Part shown: positions 56,719 through 64,000 of the stretch, one piece after another
Layout of the letters: each line of letters opens with the position of its first letter
How positions within the stretch are numbered: the stretch's first letter is position 1
Origin: Bdellovibrionales bacterium
Lineage (GTDB): Bacteria; Bdellovibrionota; Bdellovibrionia; Bdellovibrionales; JAMPXM01
Assembly (NCBI GenBank): GCA_043739185.1
Contig: JAYUEN010000107.1
Span: 106 to 64,105, forward strand
DNA: 64,000 nucleotides
Direction: 5' to 3'
Made by a program: the position numbers and the translations under genes
The notes under the pieces: model-generated
Told to the model about the DNA's origin: nothing
Database searches by the model: none
The model's input: only the letters and a program-made list of their open reading frames with translations

Positions 56719-57479
56719 AGCGCATTCTCCTGTTGTGATTTTTCATAATAATTCACGAACGCCTCGTAGACGCTTTTCATTGGGGTTGGCTTCAATGCAA
56801 GCAAATGTCTCTCGATCGTTTCAAAATCCCTTCGAGCCAGAGGGCCGGTCAAAACTGTCTTTCGTGATTCTGCTGGCGAAATAGCAAATTGATTTATATT
56901 CTGAAAAATTTGATTTAAGTAGGGGCCAAGGACTTCGCCTTTTAATCCAAGCTCTTTTTCAAAACTACGAATCGCATATTCCCAAAGTAAAACCGAAAAA
57001 TTGCCACTCATTGAGCATAGGGCATGGTAAAGCGCGCGTTTTTCTTTCGCTAAAAAAGAATATTGATTTTTAAGTTGTGGCAGCAGTTCATTGAGCTTGG
57101 GAGCGCCCTCTTCAATGACAAAATGCATACTCTCATAAACTTCGCGCGTATAAAATTCGCCCGAAAAGCTCATAAGCGGATGAAAGGACCACGCTCCCAG
57201 AACCACTCGTGCCCCTGAAAAATGAACGCATTTCTTCTTTATTAAGCCTGCTTTATGCTCTTCAATGAATCCTGCAATTGCCGAATCACTAATTGCCAGC
57301 AGAATGATCTCGGTTTCGGCCAGTAAGCTTTGTAGCTCAGCAGGCTTTTGAGCTTTCCGAGACCAGGTTTTAAAAAGAATTTTTTCAAGCTCAAAGTAAT
57401 GTGCAAGATGTTGTGCTAGACGCCCCGAGCCGATAAGCAAAATTGAAGACGAATTTAAATTTTGAGGTACCTGTCGCAC
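56715..57479 (-). CDS. Rossmann-fold / DUF2520-like protein, possible ketopantoate reductase substitute
   Basis: N-terminal dinucleotide-binding pattern ILLIGSGRLAQHLAHYF. It forms a 4-nt overlap with panB and is the first gene of the pan/coa operon. The functional assignment is by context only. Confidence 0.45.
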   Translation of the reverse strand: MRQVPQNLNSSSILLIGSGRLAQHLAHYFELEKILFKTWSRKAQKPAELQSLLAETEIILLAISDSAIAGFIEEHKAGLIKKKCVHFSGARVVLGAWSFHPLMSFSGEFYTREVYESMHFVIEEGAPKLNELLPQLKNQYSFLAKEKRALYHALCSMSGNFSVLLWEYAIRSFEKELGLKGEVLGPYLNQIFQNINQFAISPAESRKTVLTGPLARRDFETIERHLLALKPTPMKSVYEAFVNYYEKSQQENAL

Positions 57480-57599
57480 GGATCAAGTCCTTTTTTAAAT
57501 TGTAAGTTTGCACTCTGTATGCCGGAGTAATATAACGCGGTTCTGCCTGCAGAGTCAACCCATTGACGAATGACCAGGCCGGGTTAATGAATAGAGGAA

Positions 57600-58532
57600 A
57601 TGAAAAAGTTTTATTTTAGTCTGCTTTTACTCGTGTTTTTCGCTGGACTCATGTCCCTCATTGTTCATTTTGGAATAAAAGCTCGTCCCGTTAACATTTT
57701 AAAGCCCTCCTATTTTTCAACTCCAGAAGAAATTGGGGCCGTCATTTTCAGACGTTTTTATAGTGAAATTTCGGCGGACAAGCTCTTAGTACTTGGTGTT
57801 CCGGCCAAAAGCGTTTTTCATCATAATATTGTGGCGGGCCTATTGCGGGTTGCGGCTCACGAGGGCAAGGCGTTTGATGTTTTGATCACAGATCCGCGCC
57901 TACCACAATCCGAATCTTTGCCTCCGCAACTCACCATTATTCCTCTCTCAATCAATGGAGAAGAGCTTGGCGACGCGGGCGCACTCATTAAAAGCCTATT
58001 GGCTCAAGATAAACGCATTCTTGTTTATACGTATTCGACCATGAGTTCGCACCTTCTTGCCGGAAATACGATCGCTCAGCTTGAAAAAACTTTGCACCGA
58101 CCGGTTTTTTCGATAACGACGTCTCAGCTTTCGTTGCGAAACGATCAGGAATATGGATTGGAGCCCCCTTGTGTGGGTTCGGCCCGTGACGAAACTGGGA
58201 CAGCAGATCTTGGCTGCATCATCTTGCAAACCAGTCGCTCTTATTATCGCCGCAATCTAGACCCCACTCGGTATGTCGCAGTCATAGATCAACATGGACG
58301 AAATGATTATCTCCTTTTAAGTTCTGGGCCGAAAGGGTTGGCAAATCACGCAGAGGTTCCCCAGCCCATTGTAAATTCAGCTGGTGCGGGCGCCCCAACT
58401 GCTGAGCTCCCCCCGGAGAAAAAAGAAAAAAAGAAAAGAAATAAATATTATGACGGCTCAAAGCTTGGCTCTAAAAGTGGGTCCACCACTGAAATCGATC
58501 CAAATGAGCAAGTCGAAGAAGATGTAAATTAG
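57600..58532 (+). CDS. Membrane-anchored hypothetical protein
   Basis: 310-aa ORF with a GAGGA Shine-Dalgarno, an N-terminal TM helix (FYFSLLLLVFFAGLMSLIV) and a K/E-rich C-terminal tail. Confidence 0.5.
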   Translation: MKKFYFSLLLLVFFAGLMSLIVHFGIKARPVNILKPSYFSTPEEIGAVIFRRFYSEISADKLLVLGVPAKSVFHHNIVAGLLRVAAHEGKAFDVLITDPRLPQSESLPPQLTIIPLSINGEELGDAGALIKSLLAQDKRILVYTYSTMSSHLLAGNTIAQLEKTLHRPVFSITTSQLSLRNDQEYGLEPPCVGSARDETGTADLGCIILQTSRSYYRRNLDPTRYVAVIDQHGRNDYLLLSSGPKGLANHAEVPQPIVNSAGAGAPTAELPPEKKEKKKRNKYYDGSKLGSKSGSTTEIDPNEQVEEDVN

Positions 58533-58545
58533 AAAGGCCGTATAA

Positions 58546-60948
58546 ATGTCGTATAATCATCAAGAGCGAGATTCATTCTGGCAAAAGCGATGGGAGGCAC
58601 AAAAGGCCTTTGTCGCTGAAACCAATTCTAAAAAACCGAAGTATTATGCTCTTGATATGTTTCCTTATCCTTCTGGGGCAGGCCTTCATATTGGTCATAT
58701 GGCTTCTTATACGCCGACAGATGTGGTTTCTCGCTATAAGCGCACGCGTGGATTCAATGTTTTACATCCCATGGGGTACGATGCTTTTGGTTTGCCTGCC
58801 GAACAGTATGCGATTCAGACTGGCGTACACCCTGCAATCACAACTCAAAAGGCGATTGAAAAATTTCGCGCACAACTCTTTTCATTTGGCTTTAGCTTTG
58901 ATTGGTCCCGCGAAGTATCAACTTGCGATCCTAAATATTATAAATGGACGCAGTTTATTTTCACCAAGCTTTTTGAGCGTGGCCTCGCCTATCAAAAAGA
59001 AGTTCCCGTCAATTGGTGTCCAGAATTAAAAACTGTTTTAGCAAACGAAGAAGTCGTCGACGGAAAATCGGAGCGCGGCGGCCACCCTGTTATTCGTATG
59101 CCCATGAAACAATGGATGCTTAAAATTACCAGCTATGCCGAGCGCCTGTTGAATGATCTCGACAAAGTGGATTGGCCCGAACGCACCAAAGATGGGCAAA
59201 GAAATTGGATTGGCAAATCAAGTGGTGCTAAAATATTTTTTGCAATTGCCGGCTCAGAATCAAAGCTCGAGGTTTTCACCACTCGCCCGGACACCTTATT
59301 TGGCGCGACCTTTATGGTGATATCTCCCGAACATAGCCTTATTAAAAAATTGACCAGCCCCGCGCAAAAAGCTGTGGTAGAAGATTATATCTTGGCCTCC
59401 TCTCGAAAGAGCGAGCTCGATCGAAAAACCAATCTTGAAAAGTCAGGCGTTTTCACTGGCGCCTATGCGCTCCATCCTTTTACCGGAAAGCAAATACCAA
59501 TTTGGACGGCGGACTACGTTTTAACAGATTACGGAACCGGAGCCATCATGGCCGTGCCAGCACATGATCAAAGAGACTTTGAGTTCGCGCAGAAGTTTAA
59601 TCTCCCAATCTTTCGCGTTCTGCACAATAGCACGTCTGAAGATCTGCCTTTTACTGAGGACGGGACCCTTATTAATTCAGATTTTCTCGATGGGCTCAAT
59701 AAAACCCAGGCAATTGAAAAAATGCTCGGCGAACTCAAAGTTCGCAAGCTCGGTGAACTCGAGATTCAATATAAATTGCGCGACTGGCTCTTCAGCAGAC
59801 AGCGCTATTGGGGCGAGCCCTTTCCGATTGTTCATTTTGAAAAATCCGGCGCCAAGGCCTTAGACCTTCATGAGTTGCCCGTGCTATTACCTGAGGTTGC
59901 CGACTATACTCCATCAGAAAATGGCGAAGCGCCGCTAGCCAGAAACCAAGACTGGGTAAAATACTTAAAATCTGGCGAAGCCGGCACTCGCGAAACCGAT
60001 ACCATGCCCGGCTCTGCAGGCTCTAGCTGGTACTTTTTACGTTATTGCGATCCTTTCAACGAATCCACTCCAGTAAGTTTTGAAAATCAAAAATACTGGA
60101 TGCCTGTTGATCTTTATGTCGGCGGCCCTGAACATACAGTTGGCCATCTTTTGTATGCTCGCTTTTGGCAAAAAGTTTTGTTTGATGCTGGCATTGTTTC
60201 AAGCGACGAGCCCTTTCAAAAGCTTGCTCACCAGGGAATGCTCTTGGGCCTTGACGGCGAAAAAATGTCGAAATCCAGAGGAAATGTCATCAATCCTGAC
60301 GATGTAAGAGAAAAGTATGGCGCAGATACTTTGCGTTTATTTATTCTTTTTCTTGGCCCCATGGATCGGGATAAGCCGTGGAATGAAAACGGCATCGACG
60401 GCGTTCAAAGATTTTTGGACCGACTCTGGCGCTGGACGATTGACGAAAATGATCAGTTGCAATTAAAAACCGAACCGACGCCTCCCGAAGTAGAAAAGTT
60501 ATTGCATAAAACCATCAAAAAAGTTGGCGAAGATCTTGAGGCCCTGAGCTTCAATACCGCTATTTCTGCTCTTATGATTTTATTGAATGAGGTCTACAAA
60601 CAAAACTGCAAGTCTATTTCTGCTGTGAAATCAATGGTGCAGATCTTAGCACCAATGGCTCCTCATATTTGTGAAGAGCTGTGGGCCCGAATGGGTGAAA
60701 GCAGCTTGGTATCACTCGCGGCTTGGCCGAGCTATGATCCCGCACTTATTATTGACTCTACAGTCGTGATGGGAGTTCAGGTGAACGGCAAGTCTCGCGG
60801 AACGATTGAAGTCGCCAAAGATGCCACAGAAGCCGTTGCCGTGGCTGCCGCGAAAGAGGTTGCAAGCGTGCAAAATGCCCTCGGCGGAAAACCTATTGAT
60901 AAAATTATTTATAAGGCCGGAAGAATTTTAAATTTAATTGTGAAATGA
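58546..60948 (+). CDS. leuS: Leucyl-tRNA synthetase
   Basis: HIGH motif PYPSGAGLHIGH, KMSKS motif EKMSKSRGN and the CP1 editing domain. Confidence 0.95.
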   Translation: MSYNHQERDSFWQKRWEAQKAFVAETNSKKPKYYALDMFPYPSGAGLHIGHMASYTPTDVVSRYKRTRGFNVLHPMGYDAFGLPAEQYAIQTGVHPAITTQKAIEKFRAQLFSFGFSFDWSREVSTCDPKYYKWTQFIFTKLFERGLAYQKEVPVNWCPELKTVLANEEVVDGKSERGGHPVIRMPMKQWMLKITSYAERLLNDLDKVDWPERTKDGQRNWIGKSSGAKIFFAIAGSESKLEVFTTRPDTLFGATFMVISPEHSLIKKLTSPAQKAVVEDYILASSRKSELDRKTNLEKSGVFTGAYALHPFTGKQIPIWTADYVLTDYGTGAIMAVPAHDQRDFEFAQKFNLPIFRVLHNSTSEDLPFTEDGTLINSDFLDGLNKTQAIEKMLGELKVRKLGELEIQYKLRDWLFSRQRYWGEPFPIVHFEKSGAKALDLHELPVLLPEVADYTPSENGEAPLARNQDWVKYLKSGEAGTRETDTMPGSAGSSWYFLRYCDPFNESTPVSFENQKYWMPVDLYVGGPEHTVGHLLYARFWQKVLFDAGIVSSDEPFQKLAHQGMLLGLDGEKMSKSRGNVINPDDVREKYGADTLRLFILFLGPMDRDKPWNENGIDGVQRFLDRLWRWTIDENDQLQLKTEPTPPEVEKLLHKTIKKVGEDLEALSFNTAISALMILLNEVYKQNCKSISAVKSMVQILAPMAPHICEELWARMGESSLVSLAAWPSYDPALIIDSTVVMGVQVNGKSRGTIEVAKDATEAVAVAAAKEVASVQNALGGKPIDKIIYKAGRILNLIVK

Positions 60949-61083
60949 GCTGAGGACCAACACCAGCTTTCTCGTATTTTTTTCTGGTCTTTTCAAAAGC
61001 GAAAATAAATTATTGTCCTGCACAAATAATTAGTGTACTCCAAACTTAAACATGGCCCGTCCAATTTAAGAGGAGAACCAAAC

Positions 61084-63003
61084 TTGACTCAACCTACAAC
61101 TTGGTCAATTGAAAAAAGTAAGGAATTGTACGGCGTCGGCGCCTGGGGCTCTGGCTATTTTGACGTCAACACCCAAGGAAGTATCTCGGTAACTCCACAG
61201 GGTTCGCAAGGCCCAAATGTAGATTTGATGGAGCTTTGTTTGGATCTTCAAGAGCGCGGAATTCGCTTTCCGATGCTTATTCGCTTTCCCGATATTACAA
61301 AATCTCGCATTGATTTGCTCGCAAAATGCTTTTCGAAAGCAATTGAGGACAATTCTTATAAAGGCTCCTATCGTGGCGTTTATCCAATAAAAGTAAATCA
61401 GCAGCGGCACTTAGTAGAAGAGCTTATTAAGTTTGGTGGCGGCCATCGTCTCGGTCTTGAGTGTGGCTCTAAGCCTGAGCTTCTGGTTGTTCTCGCAATG
61501 ATGAATACTCCCGATGCACTCGTGATCTGCAATGGCTTCAAAGACGTTGAATATATCGAGACCGCCGTACTTTCACAAAAACTGGGTCGCAATACCATAG
61601 TGGTCGTCGATCGTATGATCGAATTGAAAATGATTTTAGATGCCGCTCGAAAATTCAATATGTCTCCAAAGATAGGTTTGCGCGCAAAGCTTCACTCAAA
61701 AGGTGCTGGCAAATGGGTTGATTCAAGCGGAGATCGCTCGAAATTCGGACTCACGCCCATGGAAATCGTTGAATGCGTCGAGACCCTCAAACGCGAAAAT
61801 ATGCTCGATTCTCTCGAGTTGATTCACTTTCATATTGGCTCACAAATCCCTTCGATTTCTTCAGTCAAAAATTCGTTGAAAGAAGGAACACGCTTTTATA
61901 CGGAACTCCACCTTATGGGAGCCAACATTAAGTACATAGATGTCGGCGGCGGACTTGGCGTCGACTACGACGGCTCAGCCCAAACCGATAGCTCAGTCAA
62001 CTATTCCGAACAAGAGTATGCCAACGACGTGGTTTCAATTATTCAAAGTACCTGCGATGAGCGCGGGGTAAAACATCCTGATATCGTGACGGAATCCGGG
62101 CGCGCCTTGGTCGCACATCACTCGGTTTTGGTTTTCAATGTTTTGGGCGTAAATGAAGTTGTGAAAAAAGAAGTCTCGCAACCGCCGGTCAAAGATGACC
62201 ACCGCGTGATTCACGATTTGGCCTATATTTACGAACAACTCAATGCCAATAATATTCATGAATTTTATCACGACGTCATGCACATCAAAGAAACCATTTT
62301 GCAACTCTTTACCTTTGGTGTTTTGAATCTAACTCAAAGATCTAAGGCCGAAAATTTATTTTGGGTCATCGTAACCAAAATGGACTCTGTTGCTTCGAAA
62401 ATGACAGATGCCGAGGACCTTCAGGCCTCACTCAAAGAGCTCTTGTCAGATACATATTTTTGTAATTTCTCGGTATTTCAGTCAATGCCCGACTCCTGGG
62501 CCGTGGGTCAGTTGTTTCCGGTTCTGCCAATTCATCGCCTAAATGAGCAGCCCACACGATTTGCAAAATTGGTCGACCTGACTTGCGATAGTGATGGTAA
62601 AATTGGTCAATTCATCAATCAAGAAAGTCAACCGAAGCAGAAAAAAACCGATCTTGAAGTTCATGAGCTGAATGAAGTGAACCCCTATTATATGGGTGTT
62701 TTCTTGGTTGGCGCCTATCAAGAAATATTGGGTGATCTTCACAATCTTTTTGGAGATACCGACGCCGTTCATATTACCGTAACTAGCGCCGGCTATACTG
62801 TCGATCACGTTGTTGAGGGCGACACTGTCACAGAAGTTTTAAGCTATGTGCAGTATCAGCGCCCCGAGCTCATTGAAAATATTCGCCGAGCATCTGAAGA
62901 GAGCATCCTAAAGGGCAGCATCAACAAGCAAGAGGCAAGGCTACTGATGCGCCACTATGAAGAAGGCCTTTCGGGCTATACGTATCTTGAGGATCCGGAA
63001 TAG
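61084..63003 (+). CDS. speA: Biosynthetic arginine decarboxylase
   Basis: WSIEKSKELYGVGAWGSGYF, PLP-Lys context YPIKVNQQ, GLECGSKPEL and HFHIGSQ. The start is placed at TTG 61084, 7 nt after an AAGAGGAG Shine-Dalgarno. The ORF-track GTG at 61033 is the alternative. Confidence 0.9.
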   Translation: MTQPTTWSIEKSKELYGVGAWGSGYFDVNTQGSISVTPQGSQGPNVDLMELCLDLQERGIRFPMLIRFPDITKSRIDLLAKCFSKAIEDNSYKGSYRGVYPIKVNQQRHLVEELIKFGGGHRLGLECGSKPELLVVLAMMNTPDALVICNGFKDVEYIETAVLSQKLGRNTIVVVDRMIELKMILDAARKFNMSPKIGLRAKLHSKGAGKWVDSSGDRSKFGLTPMEIVECVETLKRENMLDSLELIHFHIGSQIPSISSVKNSLKEGTRFYTELHLMGANIKYIDVGGGLGVDYDGSAQTDSSVNYSEQEYANDVVSIIQSTCDERGVKHPDIVTESGRALVAHHSVLVFNVLGVNEVVKKEVSQPPVKDDHRVIHDLAYIYEQLNANNIHEFYHDVMHIKETILQLFTFGVLNLTQRSKAENLFWVIVTKMDSVASKMTDAEDLQASLKELLSDTYFCNFSVFQSMPDSWAVGQLFPVLPIHRLNEQPTRFAKLVDLTCDSDGKIGQFINQESQPKQKKTDLEVHELNEVNPYYMGVFLVGAYQEILGDLHNLFGDTDAVHITVTSAGYTVDHVVEGDTVTEVLSYVQYQRPELIENIRRASEESILKGSINKQEARLLMRHYEEGLSGYTYLEDPE

Positions 63004-63113
63004 CCCCGAAATGTACCTGCTTAGTTTTGGCAGCGCTGCGCGCCGAAACTATTTTATAGAAAAAACTGAAATGCGCGCGGCGCTGCCAAAACTAAGCAGG
63101 TACATTTCGGGGC
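63003..63113. repeat. Dispersed palindromic element, copy 2 (41-bp arms, one T/G mismatch, 29-nt loop)
   Basis: The left arm 63003-63043 (GCCCCGAAATGTACCTGCTTAGTTTTGGCAGCGCTGCGCGC) pairs with 63073-63113. The core AAATGTACCTGCTTAGTTTTGG is identical to the copy at 27686-27794. The element fills the whole gap between two convergent stop codons. Confidence 0.9.
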
Positions 63114-64000
63114 TCACCGAGGATCCAGTGCGTCCCGTACGGCTTCGCCGATGAGGTTTGACATCACCAAAGTTAAAAATATTGCGGCAGACGGAAAGGC
63201 CGCAAGCCACCAGGCGATGGTAAAGTTTTTGTGGGCTTGATCAAGAAGCTCTCCCCAGCTTGGCGTTGGTGCTGGCAATCCAAATCCTAAAAAGTCGAGA
63301 GCTGCCAGGCCTGAAATTCCGCTCGAAATCATAAAGGGGCTCATCGTAATCCAAGGAGTTAGGCTGTTTGGCAGAATATGGCGGAAAATAACTTTGCTTC
63401 GACTTGAACCCAATGCGTGTGCGGCCTCAATGAATTCGCGCTTTCGAAGTTTTAAAAACTCGGCGCGAAAATAAAGTGAAACTCCTATCCAACCAAAAAT
63501 CGTGGTGAAAAGGATCAACAGCCAAAGACTCGCCTGAAAAATTGAAATTATCGTAATCAGCAAGAGGAGCTGGGGCATTGACTCCATTACTTCAATTATT
63601 CGTTGGCCGATCAGATCGACCCATCCGCCGGCATAGCCCATGAGTGCGCCCAAGATCATTCCGACGAAAGAGCAACAGAGCCAGGTCAGGGCCGCATAAC
63701 CCATTGAATAGCGAAAGCCATAAAGTAAGCGCGTGAGAACGTCTCGCCCTCGGTCGTCGGTGCCAAACCAATTTTCGCGAGAGGGCCGAGATGGATAAGA
63801 CTCTAACTTTGCATTGTGCTCCATCGGATCCCAATGAATGATTGGCCAATAAGCCCAATCATCACCAGCAAATTCAAGCTTACGATAGTCCGTCACCGAC
63901 TCGCCATTGATTCCGAAAAGGCTCGGATGATAGGTTTTCACCACCGGAAAATAAATTTCGCCTTTAAACGTCATGACAATAGGTTTGCTGTTGGCCCAAA
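63114..64000 (-). CDS. ABC transporter permease, oligopeptide/YejE-OppC family (5' end beyond window)
   Basis: The EAA-loop region FIEAAHALGSSRSKVIFRHILPN and multiple TM helices are present. The reading frame stays open upstream of the ATG at 63974 (WANSKPIVMTFKGEIYFP), matching the YejE-type N-terminal region, so the gene continues past nt 64000. Confidence 0.85.
   Translation of the reverse strand, partial: WANSKPIVMTFKGEIYFPVVKTYHPSLFGINGESVTDYRKLEFAGDDWAYWPIIHWDPMEHNAKLESYPSRPSRENWFGTDDRGRDVLTRLLYGFRYSMGYAALTWLCCSFVGMILGALMGYAGGWVDLIGQRIIEVMESMPQLLLLITIISIFQASLWLLILFTTIFGWIGVSLYFRAEFLKLRKREFIEAAHALGSSRSKVIFRHILPNSLTPWITMSPFMISSGISGLAALDFLGFGLPAPTPSWGELLDQAHKNFTIAWWLAAFPSAAIFLTLVMSNLIGEAVRDALDPR

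Noticed and set aside
61033-61083. Upstream GTG start for speA, as given in the ORF track.
   Set aside because: No Shine-Dalgarno precedes it, whereas AAGAGGAG lies 7 nt before the in-frame TTG at 61084. The conserved SpeA N-terminal region (WSIE..S.ELYG) begins just after that TTG. I keep the GTG as an alternative only.

Overview
This is a gene-dense 64-kb chromosomal segment from a diderm (Gram-negative-type) bacterium. The protein sequences give an impression of a Bdellovibrionota or deltaproteobacteria-like lineage, but I did not verify that. I support about 55 CDSs. I found no rRNA, tRNA, CRISPR array, transposase, integrase or phage genes. Most of the window is housekeeping. It contains a phaR-like gene (5' end cut by the window edge), an LpoB-like lipoprotein pair, mreB, glpD, pepP, ispA, xseBA, mrcA (PBP1A), uvrA, an MsbA-like ABC exporter, a sigma-54 enhancer-binding protein, secA, trmL, glnB-glnA, a contiguous pantothenate/CoA operon (DUF2520-like, panB, panC, coaBC, coaX, panD), leuS, speA and an Opp/YejE-type permease (cut by the window end). 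The one clearly accessory block lies at about 36.3-49.0 kb, between secA and trmL. Its core is a six-gene, translationally coupled operon: KAS III/FabH-like, extended SDR, MBL-fold hydrolase, F390-synthetase/PaaK-like adenylating enzyme, ATP-grasp ligase and FemAB/CelD-like acyltransferase. That operon converges on an MMPL/RND exporter gene. Next to it sit a NodU/CmcH carbamoyltransferase, a secreted 470-aa protein and a Rieske oxygenase. I read this block as an uncharacterised, NRPS/PKS-independent biosynthetic locus, and it is my best candidate for the novel system. Other notable signals are listed here.
- A dispersed palindromic element of about 110 bp occurs twice, with an identical 22-nt core and compensatory inner arms.
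- A consensus sigma-54 promoter precedes a Cys-rich secreted coiled-coil protein gene. A second candidate sigma-54 promoter lies near the enhancer-binding protein gene.
- A 6S-RNA-like intergenic region is present.
- mreB is coupled to sigma-region-4-like, anti-sigma-like and histidine kinase genes instead of mreCD.
- A GcvH-like protein lacks the lipoyl-lysine.
- A patatin-like lipoprotein lacks its catalytic dyad.
All functional calls come from motif recognition by eye. No searches were run.
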